A DNA stretch of 42,458 nucleotides from Octopus bimaculoides (Eukaryota): assembly GCF_001194135.2 (NCBI RefSeq), contig NC_068985.1, forward strand, positions 73,096,181-73,138,638, given 5' to 3'. This document shows, piece after piece, positions 1 to 10,480 of this stretch. The first letter of the stretch is position 1. Every line of letters begins with the position of its first letter. The notes under the pieces are model-generated. The model was not told where the DNA came from and did not search any database. It saw only the letters and a program-made list of their open reading frames with translations. The position numbers and the translations under genes were made by a program.

Positions 1-66
1 GTAAATATATAGCTGAGTCAATCTGTTATATATATTTATCATTAATAATTTGTAGAACTTACATAG

Positions 67-99
<33 letters not shown>

Positions 100-394
100 G
101 ATGGATGGATAGATGGTTGGATGGATGGACACACACACGCACACAAGTCTGGTACTGTGAGAACACATGGGAATGGCGTTTCCTTACTTTTTCAAAAATA
201 CCCAAATTTAAAATGATCTAATATAATGTTAACATGCATCCGGCATGTATCAAAATATGCCAAAACAATTTAATTCCTCACAAATATATGTTACTTTACA
301 TATAATTTGTGTTAATTCTATTTACTGAAACTTGCTAAAAAGCATATTTTGCTTAGAATAGTATATCGTTGTAGACACAATTGTCAGTAATCAT

Positions 395-1180
395 ACAATT
401 TCCATTTCTCTCGGCCAATATTTTTACATGAGCCTTCTTTTGAACTCTAGATAATGTAACTTACAGCTGACCATGTGAGAAGAATTGTGTTGGAAGTTAC
501 ATTCTAGTTTGTTCAAAAGTCTGTCCCTGTGCCTTGTTGCACATCAAGGCAAAAGCTGGCTTGACAGGAAATTGTCTACGTGTAAATGTGAATAGAAATT
601 CCATTTCTTGAGAGTTTTGTGGTATTCTTGGGATTAGCAGAGTTAGTCCTGAATAAAGACCAGAAGCAACCACAACCTCAATAACATGATCATGTAAACT
701 GACAATGATGCAGCATGTGCCATTTCAATGTCCATCAGTAGCATCTAAATTTCTCAGAAGCATTACGCAGCATTTTTTCCTTCAGTTTGAGAATGTGTGG
801 TGGAAACCCTGATGGTGTAAGTTTGCTGATGAATTCAATTGGGTACAGAGTTTCATTATCAACCGTATCTGAGCTTTTGTATATTTTTAGCTCACCAGGG
901 ATCCTGGTCAACAGAAAATCATTCGCAAATTGTGCTGCTTCATTTGTCGGGGTAACAATGGTTCTATTTGCAAGCCACACAGGGTTTGTGAAGTTATTTT
1001 TGAGGTCAGCATATACAAAACCACATAGACCTGAAAGTGTATCCCTTTCAAGGCAAAGGTCATTGGGAAGTTTGATTTTGAATTCATCTAAGCTTTGTTC
1101 AAAAGAAATGTTACCATTTCCTACATCAAAAAGGTAATTAGCAAACCCCCTTTCATTAGAATGACCTTCGAATCTTTGTG
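395..1180 (-). mobile_element. Helitron PIF1-like helicase C-terminal remnant (frameshifted, with stops)
   Basis: Manual translation gives GFANYLFDVGNG...WLANRTIVTPTNEAAQ...LYPIEFISKLTPSGFPPHILKLK, then after a frameshift VMLLRNLDATDGH*NGT...RRQFPVKPAFALMCNKAQGQT...SHGQL*VTLSRV. These are the standard Helitron/PIF1 helicase motifs. A possible decayed 3' end lies at 218-248 (hairpin ACATGC/GCATGT then TTAG). Confidence 0.92.
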
Positions 1181-1649
1181 GTTTTCGTCACTGTTTACAA
1201 CTTTGTTCCAATTGTTTTCAAATTTGGTATATAGATTAAGTTTTGTATACTAATTATGAAAAGGAAATTTAATTTTCCTATAAATGCACAATTAAAAAGT
1301 TATTAGCCTTTAAATTTGCAAACTTTGGGTATTTTGGCCAATCAGAAGCAAGTATTTTACACATCACCGTGACGAAAAGCTGTTTCCATAGTAACCAAAG
1401 ATGTTGTGCATGCGCACCAGGAAAAGGAGATACGAGAAGGAATCTTCTTACTATGATAATGCTTTTGTGTTTTTCTCCGTCACAACATATGAATGAGAAA
1501 GGAAGGGTGATAGATGAATGAGAAAGAAAGGAGTGATAGATGAATAAGGAAAGAAGGGGTGATGGCAAACTGATAGTGGGAGCGTTTCAACTCTGTGTGA
1601 GTATATGTGTGTGTGTATGTAAAAGGGAGGTATTAATATTGTTTATTAT

Positions 1650-1955
1650 TCTTTTCTACACTAGGCACAAGGCCCGGAATTTTGAAGGAGGGGGCCAGTT
1701 GATTAGATCGACCCCAGTACGCAACTGGTATTTAATTCGCCGACCCCGAAAGGATGAAAAGCAGAGTCAACCTCGCCGGAATTTGAACTTAGAACGTAAA
1801 GAGAGACGAAATACCGCTAAGCATTTCACCCGGCTTAATAATTTCTTTATTACCCGCAAGGGGCTAAACATTGAGGGGACAAACAAGGATAGACAGAGGG
1901 ATTAAGTCGATTACATCGACCCCAGTGCTAACGTTTCTGCCAGCTCGCCGCCTTA
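1650..1955 (-). mobile_element. tRNA-derived SINE (Deu/Nin-like central domain) with a related SINE 3' fragment nested at about 1835-1926
   Basis: The reverse complement aligns with the copies at 27238-27442 and 32435-32648 (GGCGAGCTGGCAGAA head, GAGTTCAAAT B-box, CATCCTTTCGGGGTCG core). Confidence 0.9.
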
Positions 1956-2351
1956 ATATTCTTTACTATAAAGCATTAAAATCTCCTCCTCAGTGAATGC
2001 AATGAATATTTAAATTTATGAAGAATTGGACACAGTGAATGCAATGAATATTTAAATTTGCGAGAAATAGGAGTTAAAGAATTCAATAAACTTCAGAAAT
2101 AGAAATTACAGAAAATTTCTTAGAACATGAATTTATAAAAATATTTCCAGACGGTCAAGCTTTTACTATTGCTTTCTTTTAGTACTTTTAATAATTGTTA
2201 CATATCTAATTAATAAGCGGCTTTCTCCATTATAGAACATTTGATTTTCAGAAGTGCATGTTATGTTGAATTACTCTATCTTTTCTAGCCGTTGTTCAAA
2301 AGTTCGTTTGTTTCCATAGAAAGAATATGGCTCACATCGCAATCAGTTAAC

Positions 2352-2542
2352 GCACAGATTGATTGGTTGAGGATGTTCACTTAGTAAGGTAAGTAAATTT
2401 TCGGTGAACTTATGTATTGGACAAAAGCTTTGGCGTGACCTCGTGCGGATGTCAGGAGAACTTAACACACCGACGTAGCGAAAAGTTCACCGAAAATTTA
2501 CTTATCTTACCAAGTGAACATCCTCAACCAATCAATCTGTGC
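2352..2542. repeat. 60-bp near-perfect inverted repeat with 71-nt spacer (MITE-like)
   Basis: Arm 2352-2411 matches the reverse complement of 2483-2542 at 58/60 positions. Confidence 0.95.
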
Positions 2543-2949
2543 ATCATATGTTGGAACCATGACTATGAAAGATGAAAGCTGCGTCCGATAAATAGAGGAA
2601 ATGGTGACAGAGAAAGAGAGACAAGGACAAAAAGAAGTGTGTGGGTACGCAGGTGCGTGCGCGCGCACGTATGTGTTGAGCTCTTTCTTTACAATCATTG
2701 TAAAAGTTGAAAATCAACTTCACAACGAAGAACATCACCGACCCACCCAAAAGAAATCATAAACATATCGAATGCTTTCTGCAAAAGACGAATTTTTCTT
2801 TAAAAACTATTTAGTAGAAAATATATAATTTCAATATTAATCTCAGTTTTGGGTTTAAAATCGAATAAATACCTATTGATTGATATAGTATGTGTCTCTT
2901 GCAAAGAAGACGTGCACCGCTTAAATATTTTAGTTTGAGAAGTAAATAA

Positions 2950-3590
2950 TTTCAAGAAGTAAATATGACAAAATAAATCATTTGTACAAAATCATGTGCT
3001 TCGGATTCATCTCTAACTCCATCATCAGAGAAAAGCAGACGGTATTACTCTTAACGAGATTACCGCCCAAGAACTTTAAAATAACTTCGGACTTACGTAT
3101 AGACATTCACTATAGTCTACTAAACTCCATAATACCGTCAAAGGTAACAAAACCAAATTCAAACAGAAACCGTCCATCAGAAAAATTAATTCTACCAATA
3201 CAGATATTTTAGTAATAAGTAAGCACCTACATGTTGGAAATAATTTCTAACTTGGAGGAGCGAACAACAACATATCAGTTATCGATTACTTTAAAGCAGT
3301 ACAAAATATGACCAGAATGAAATTCTTACAATTAGACACTATAAACCTGTATACCTCTATTATTAGAAAAAGTTAATAGAAAAAGAAAATTACTTCATAT
3401 GGATGAACGAACTCTAATACAGTTTTTAATGTTAGCACAGGATAAAGTCTCACCGAAATAAGTAACCATATCGCATTGTATCTCTTAGATAACCTAAAAA
3501 CCTTCTCCTGTCGCAGTTGGCTGCGGCTTGTACAGAGACGATGAACTACTGATTTCAAAGAAAATTACTTCAAAGACTCAAAATTAAGGA
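2950..3590 (+). mobile_element. Penelope-like element reverse transcriptase remnant (GLYRDD-type)
   Basis: Across frameshifts: VIDYFKAVQNMTRMKFLQLDTINLYTSI (about 3280-3362), EISNHIALYLLDNLK, and GLYRDDELLIS (3525-3557, catalytic DD). Confidence 0.8.
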
Positions 3591-3636
3591 TCCCTTTTGA
3601 GACAGCCTTACCATTTATATCCGCTCATGCATGCAA

Positions 3637-3639
<3 letters not shown>

Positions 3640-3732
<93 letters not shown>
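3640..3732. repeat. (CA)n microsatellite
   Basis: Direct reading; source of the poly-HT ORFs. Confidence 0.99.
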
Positions 3733-3734
<2 letters not shown>

Positions 3735-3944
3735 ATGTATTTATATATGCACACAAAATACAAAACCTTCATTCCAAACGATTGGTGTCATTTTGTTTTT
3801 ATATTTTTTTGTATAATCAACGATTTCTAAGACAATATTTCTTCAACTATTGTGATCGTATCAAAAATTCTTTTTAAAAATTATGGGTATATTTGTGTGT
3901 GTGTGTGTGTGTGTACATGTATATAATATATAATATTTTATTTA

Positions 3945-5190
3945 TGTTATCCAGTCTTCCCGTTTGTGTAGTTTAAATAATCTAAATTAGCCCTATATCC
4001 TATAAACCATCTCCTCTATATGAATTGCTTAAAAATACTCACCAGACATCATCTCCTGCTGAAAAATCTAGAGCAACTTGTTGATAACTACAACCAAGAC
4101 ATAGAAATGAATACCGGAGTAGACAAACGTGCTAAATCTACAAAAGGAAGCGGTAAATTAAGTGAAGTCGAAGAAATGAAATTAGTTACAGACACCAAAA
4201 TCAAAATAGTAAAACCATACAAATACTTAGCAGATGAAATTGCTCAGATAGAACAAAGAAATTAAGGAGAAAATTAGAGAAGGCTTCTGAAGAATAAGAC
4301 AAATACTAAACACTAATACCAGTGATAGAAATAAGATAATAGGTGTAAATATATTAGTCATTCCAATTATAAACTACACCTTTAACAAAATAATTTGGAA
4401 GCTAAGTGAATTGAAGAGCTGAGACAGAAAATAAATCAGAAAACTACCATCAGCCTTCTGGAGCAGCCAACCCGAAACTGATATAAATAGAATATTCCCT
4501 GCCCACTCAGACAAGGGCGGAGATCAGTTACAAAAGAAAACTGTCATTCCCCACCCTTGTAACAACAGAGCAACAGAAAAAGTTTTTGAAGCTCGCAAAA
4601 GGAAACTAATTAGTATAATATGGAAATATGAAAGAACAAAGACTCAAACAAGGAATTTTCTTTGTAAAAAATGACAAAAATGTAGTTCTTGCAAACCGAA
4701 GAGAAAAGATTTTAAATAAATTACATAAAGCAAAAGACAAAAATTAAGACAGAATTTCAAAATGTACTAAAGAGAAAATGATCAGCCAGCCCTTTCATTG
4801 AAAAAAACTTGACAGGAAAGAAGTAAGCCAAAGTAAAAATCAATAACAGCTTCGATCTCTATGTTAAAAGCATAACTAGAAGTCCCGATTCTTAAGTTTT
4901 ACAGAATCAATGCTTATATAATTTATTAAGGACTGAAAAGACATCCCATCCCAAACATCTCTGATGGAAATTTACCGAACGATGGTCAAAATATTGTCAA
5001 AGTACAAGGATCTTAAAACTGAAAAAAGCAAGTTGAAAAACATAGAAGTTAAAAGAGTACCAACAATTATAGGAGGACTGGAATGAGGAACATGAGCATG
5101 AAATCATACTTGGTTTACAAAGTTAGAACCAGTCTAAAAGATAGTCCTGCTAGACACAGCCTATTTCGTAAGCAAGGCATTTTCAATTCA
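3945..5190 (+). mobile_element. Degenerate non-LTR retrotransposon, R4/Dong/NeSL-like (RT C-terminal half plus restriction-like endonuclease)
   Basis: INHLLYMN-LK (YMDD-derived), DIEMNTGVDKRAK, PYKYL, then DINRI...P-SDKGG-D, and C-terminal SKYKDLKTE...VKRVPTIIGGLE and KIVLLDTA. Confidence 0.82.
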
Positions 5191-5677
5191 ACAATATTAT
5201 ATCTGCATGCATCATATATTCTATACAATAAGTACCTAATGAAATATCATAACTCAAACAACAAATACTGTATAGAATTACCTTCAAACTGTATAACATA
5301 GCACATACTTTATACAATTGCTACTCAATGAAGTAACACAATACATAGTCTTACGTAATCAACGTCCGAAACGCTTGCAACTCACACAAATAACATTTGT
5401 GGCTTATTTACCTAACAGAACCCACGATGCACATAAGAAACAAATACCATTCCAAAAACTTATTCACATTGCATTCACTTTACAGTCATGACACAAAGTT
5501 AACACTGGGAACAACAAAACCAATTACACAACAAACCAAGACTGATTTGGTTTACAAATACAATTTTACATTCTCAAAAAATAATGAATATACGCTCTCC
5601 ATGAATATGAAGGTGCAACTCGTAAGGCAGTAGAAACTTGCATAAAACTATTACAAAACCATGACAACGATAATAAT

Positions 5678-5835
5678 AATCCTTTCTACTATTGTCACAA
5701 GGCCTGAAATTTTGGGGAGGGGGTAAGTCGATTATATCGAGCCCAGTGCTCAGCTGGTACTTATTTTATCGTCTCTGAAAAATGAAAGGAAAAGCAAACT
5801 TGAGCGGGATATGAACTCAGAACGCAATGAGCCGG
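5678..5835 (-). mobile_element. SINE fragment (Deu/Nin-like family), 5'-truncated
   Basis: CACAAGGCCTGAAATTTTGGGG...GTCGATTA.ATCGA.CCCAGT...CTGGTACTTATTTTATCG matches the other copies. Confidence 0.85.
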
Positions 5836-6044
5836 GGTTGGTTGTGGTTGTTGGTACAGATTTGTCTGCATTTAGTGTGGGTGTGGTTTCGTTGAAGTTG
5901 TGACTGTGGTTAATGCAGAGCGAGTGTAACGTTTACATTTGTATTGTGTCTTTTTTTTTCTTATTTACTTGATTGTCCCATCTCTTGCAAGATAAGATTT
6001 CCATGTACGAAAGATAAAATGTGGGTGGAAGTATGTTTATGCCC

Positions 6045-6073
6045 GTGTGTGTGTGTATGTGTGTGTGTGTGTG

Positions 6074-6135
<62 letters not shown>

Positions 6136-6247
6136 CGTGTGTGTGTATACATGTGTATTTGAAATAGGTGGAGGAGATATTCCTGGTTGGCGTGTGTGTG
6201 TATACATGTGTATTTGAAATAGGTGGAGGAGATATTCCTGGTTGGCG
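6045..6247. repeat. (TG)n microsatellite followed by a perfect 55-bp tandem duplication (6138-6192 / 6193-6247)
   Basis: TATACATGTGTATTTGAAATAGGTGGAGGAGATATTCCTGGTTGGCG occurs twice with period 55. Confidence 0.95.
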
Positions 6248-6795
6248 AGTTTTTGTTCTGTTGTCGGTTTAGTTGCTGCTGTTGTTACTGTTGATGTTGG
6301 TACTGCTGTTGCTGTCCTTGTTCCCTTTGCTGTTGCAGCTGCAGCTGTTACTGCTGTACTCTGCTCTTATTGTTGGAACTGTGGAGTCAGCAGTAGTGGG
6401 GTTTTCTTTCCCCTGTTTTAAGCTGAGGACAGAAAGCCCTCAAGTAACCTTCCACACCCCTCAAGTGCCATCTTGGCCTTCTGCTTTCAGACAAAACACG
6501 CAACTTCCCTCTATTGGCCAGCTGGATACAGCTTGGTATCGTTTCTGCATTTTCCAGATTGATCTTGAGGAGGAACTCCTATGCCCAAACTAAAACTTCA
6601 TTTTGTCTTAAAATTTTCACAAAAATTCTATAATTTTGTATTCTTTGCATTTAGATTTCCGTCTGGAGAGCTCTCGCGTATTTCATACACGTGTTCCACC
6701 AAATTGTTTCTTGACCTTTCGAAGGACTGTAGAATTAATTTCATTCGGAGAGGAGCTCGCTTCCGTCAAACTGGGTAGACTCCTCTTCACAGTGA

Positions 6796-6799
<4 letters not shown>

Positions 6800-6876
<77 letters not shown>
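6800..6876 (+). repeat. (TAA)n microsatellite, about 25 units
   Basis: Direct reading. Confidence 0.99.
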
Positions 6877-7244
6877 GACTAAAACAATACCTATTGTCAT
6901 AGGTGCCCTCGGAATGACAGCGAAACGGGCTGATTACTACCTAGCTCAGATACCAGGAAACCCCAAAATGGCTGAAGTTCAAAAGATAGTGCTCATGGGA
7001 ACTGCCCATATCCTACGTAAAATACTGTCTATGTGATCTCAAATTTTAAAACAAACACATAATTTTCTTATGGTTTCTTAAACATTCTCTAGAACAACAC
7101 TATGTACAAATCGAAATATATGGTTCCCTAAGCATAACACCTACATGAACTTCTAACTTGTTGTCTCTTGAGGTCTCTGGGTGAGACTTGGATCCAACTT
7201 GTACAAATGCAAAACAAAAGTCAAACATAAAATAATAATAATAA
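6875..7244 (+). mobile_element. 5'-truncated R4/Dong-like retrotransposon 3' end (endonuclease C-terminus, 3' UTR, TAA tail)
   Basis: Uninterrupted frame 6875-7036 reads KTKTIPIVIGALGMTAKRADYYLAQIPGNPKMAEVQKIVLMGTAHILRKILSM*. The element is flanked on both sides by TAA repeats. Confidence 0.88.
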
Positions 7245-7394
7245 GTGATCTTAACTGATTGGAAGTGTTATCATGTACATTGTTTTGTCTTGGTATAAAA
7301 GATAGGCTACAGCAAATATTCTGCTCAATACCACAGATTTGCTTGTCAGTTGTTTGACCATAACCAGTTGAGCATGTCCCTTTGTGGTTTCAAC

Positions 7395-7760
7395 CATATG
7401 GTTCCGGGTTTAGTCTCACTGCGTGGCACTTTGGGCAAGTGGCTTCTACTATAACCTTGGGCTGACCCAAAGCCTTGTGAATGGATTTGGTAGACGAAAA
7501 GTGAAAAAAGCCTGTATGTGTGTGCGCGCGTGTGCGTGTGTGCATTGTGCTTGTGTTTGTCACCCACCATAGCTTGATAACCTATGGTGATCTATTTACG
7601 TTCTTGTAACTTAGCGGTTCGGTAAAAGAGACCAATAGAATAAGTACCAGACTTAAAAACAAACATAAATACTAGAGTCGATTCATTTGGCTAAAATCTT
7701 CAAGGCGGTGCCCCAGCATGGCCGCAGTTTAATGGCTGAAGCAAGTGAAAGATAGATAAA
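7395..7760 (+). mobile_element. SINE with CORE-like domain and long 3' tail
   Basis: GGCACTTTGGGCAAGTGGCTT (CORE-like), CCAAAGCCTTGTGAATGGATTTGGTAGACG and TTCAAGGCGGTGCCCCAGCATGGCCGCAG; homologous to 16085-16245, 17030-17302 and 40029-40117. Confidence 0.85.
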
Positions 7761-8440
7761 AGGTAAAGATAAAAAAAGCTGAGCGTGAAGAAGTATGTAA
7801 AAAAGCAGAGGGAGAAAAGAGAAATAGTTAAGAAATATATATAAAACATGTGATTATTAAAAAAGGAGAGATGCAAAAGTGTGTGTGTGTGTGTGTGAGG
7901 GTGAGGATGATTATGAAAAGGATATAAAGAAAAAAAGGATTTTGACAAAAAAAAACAAACAAAAAACAAAAGACAAAACAGATACAAGTGCAGTGAAAAT
8001 TCCTTTTGCGAGTCAATAAAAGGGAATAAGAAGGATTAGGTTGAAATGTGGAGCAGATTGGGAAGGAAGGAGTAACAGATTAATAATTATATAAACAAGA
8101 CGTGAAATTTGAGGCAAGGAATTGTTAAAGGAAACAAAATTGTAAAAGGGAGAGAGGATTGTGAGGCGATATAAAAAGTTAATTTACACAGGTTGAAAGA
8201 GTGAGAACAGAAGGGTTAAAAATGAGTGTTTGTGTGTGTGTATGTGTGTGTGTGTGTGTGTGTATAGAAGAGACTTTGGGAAGGATATTAAAAAGGATAT
8301 AAAAAAAGAGTTTGTTATTTAAAAAATAAGTTTACATGGGTTTAGAGAAAATGTTGGTGAAATCCAATAGCCATGGTAAACATTCCAGAAAGTAAGAGTA
8401 ATACAAAGTTGCAAGATACACAGAAATGATTTAACGGTCG

Positions 8441-8580
8441 GATAGAAACGGAAGACAAAATGTACGAGAAACTTTATTGCTCATAACGATCGTTTCGACC
8501 CATCTTGTAAGGATCCGTCGCGGGTGGGATACTGTACAGTAACTGGTTGTGGTGCATCCCTCGGTGCAGAAGTGGTCCAA
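8441..8580 (-). mobile_element. Partial copy A of the HHR-bearing PLE terminal repeat
   Basis: The reverse complement aligns with 9120-9246 (about 75-80% by eye) and retains GGGTC-GAAAC-GATC-GTT. Confidence 0.85.
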
Positions 8581-8699
8581 CTCAGTCACACGGTACGTAC
8601 TGTGCCCGGCACCGCAGCTGGGGTGTCACATATTCTGTCACATACGAGACTGGCTGGACTTGTATCATTGAGTTTAATGGCATCTACTTTGCTGCGCGT

Positions 8700-8717
8700 G
8701 AGAGAGAGATAGAGAAC

Positions 8718-8751
<34 letters not shown>

Positions 8752-8756
8752 AAGAA

Positions 8757-8787
<31 letters not shown>

Positions 8788-8822
8788 TAGAAAGAGAGAA
8801 AGAGAAAGAGAGAGAGAGAAAG
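8700..8822. repeat. (GA)n-rich microsatellite
   Basis: Direct reading. Confidence 0.98.
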
Positions 8823-8989
8823 AACGAGTGTGTGTGTGCAAAACACCACAAATGTGTGTATGGAAGTATCTATATGTGTACTCACGCATATAATTTTTTA
8901 CTTCATTGTATATTTTATTTTTCTTAATTACTCACTGTCATTGATTTACTAATAAACACATGTAGACCCAATAACCATTTATAATATTG

Positions 8990-9399
8990 CAACGCTTCTC
9001 GCCCTCACCATTCATGCCCAAGAGCTAAAACCTACGGTCGATAACAACATGCTGTATTAAAACTGAGTAAAACAGGGTTTATTTAACGAGATACCTGTTG
9101 TAAAATCACCTGACGAGACACATCTGCATCGGGGGATGCACTACAACCATTTGTACAGTATACCACCGCAGAGGATCTATGCAACACGGGTCGAAAGGAT
9201 CGTTATGAGCTATAGAGTTTCTCGTATATTCCATTTTCCGTCTCTATCATTTGTTATGTGCTCGACGGACCCTGAGGAATTCCTGAGGTAGATCCAGCGA
9301 CAATTGCACATATATTGTTGATGACTTCAGATAGCCATAGGTAGTGATGAACGTGCTTCCCCGGCTAACAGCTAGGTACGTGTCAAATGCTTAAATAAT

Positions 9400-9400
<1 letters not shown>
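8990..9400 (+). mobile_element. PLE 3'/pseudo-LTR fragment, copy B, ending at (TA)n
   Basis: Homologous to 16640-17000 on the minus strand, both upstream (TTATTT.A.CGAGATA...TTGTAAA.TCACCTGA) and downstream (GAACGTGCTT..CCGG) of the HHR motif. Confidence 0.7.
9104..9209 (+). ncRNA. Type I minimal hammerhead ribozyme motif with extended helix II (copy B, partly decayed)
   Basis: AATCAC-CTGACGA (9110-9116)-GAC...GTC-GAAA (9193-9196)-G-GATC-GT-T-ATGAG. The core is canonical; stem III has one mismatch and stem I two. Confidence 0.65.
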
Positions 9401-9439
<39 letters not shown>

Positions 9440-9682
9440 NNNNNNNNNNNNNNNNNNNNNNNNNNNNNNNNNNNNNNNNNNNNNNNNNNNNNNNNNNNNN
9501 NNNNNNNNNNNNNNNNNNNNNNNNNNNNNNNNNNNNNNNNNNNNNNNNNNNNNNNNNNNNNNNNNNNNNNNNNNNNNNNNNNNNNNNNNNNNNNNNNNNN
9601 NNNNNNNNNNNNNNNNNNNNNNNNNNNNNNNNNNNNNNNNNNNNNNNNNNNNNNNNNNNNNNNNNNNNNNNNNNNNNNNNNN
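9440..9682. other. Assembly gap (N run); further gaps at 11303-11792, 12802-13371, 17342-18278, 19615-19918, 20234-20892, 29760-30015, 37025-37775, 39627-39958
   Basis: N characters; most gap edges run into TA, CA, GA or CTAT microsatellites. Confidence 0.99.
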
Positions 9683-9691
9683 ATATATATA

Positions 9692-10480
9692 CTAGCTGAA
9701 GGACACGGCGTTACCCCGGTTACTGCTATTCTTATTCAGATTAGAAAAATAATAAATATAAAGATATATGTTTTTCCTCATAATTATTTCAAAATATCTA
9801 TATTTTATTAAACCATATCCGAATTGTAATGACAATAGAATTTAGAACTGCAAATCTGTCAATGTCGAAGCACCTCAGGGTAAACAATATTCACTGTGTA
9901 AATTTTTGTTGGTGCCGAAATGAATAAATTGTTGCTGCTTCCAAGTCGCGAGCAAGCAACATAGAGTTGGCAGTGGGAGGAACATGTACTAGAGAGATCA
10001 AGTCCAACTACCTCGAGGGGTTGACCCTGAGATTTGTTAATTGAAATTCCAAAACTTAGTTTGACTGGAAACAGAAACGTTTTAAATTCAAATGGAACAT
10101 CTGTAGGTACGAGAGGAATTTTTGTAATAAAGATATTTTCTCCTTTGCGACTACTTGTTAGGATTGTTGCCTGTAGAATATGGGGCTTCATGGAATTAAT
10201 AATTAAGTAACAATTAAATAACAATTTAGCTAATTCCATTAAAGAAGTGAGACGGATCAACATTCCTATGTAGCATAATGGGAATACCCAGTTTTAGTGT
10301 CAAGTTATGCAGTGGCATTCCAGTGGGTTTAAGTGTGTTCAGAAATCCAACAGGGTCTTGAACAACCTGATCTTGATCGACTGTTGTCAATTGATCGAAA
10401 ATTCATTTCTGATGTATGTTAACTTTTGAAGAATTTCATGATTGAGTTTATCAATCATTTCAGTATAGCTCTTTCGCATA
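9692..10480 (-). mobile_element. Helitron helicase C-terminal remnant with intact 3' terminus
   Basis: DQDQVVQDPVGFLNTLKPTGMPLHNLTLKLGIPIMLHRNVDP..., then ORF 9859-10263 with PFEFKTFLFPVKLSFGISINKSQGQ...SHCQLYVACSR...NIVYPEVL*. The minus-strand end reads ACCGGGGTAACGCCGTGT hairpin (9703-9720), CCTTCAG, CTAG|T. Confidence 0.95.

Noticed and set aside
1991-2059. 27-bp direct repeat with period 42
   Set aside because: An ordinary local duplication with no further structure.
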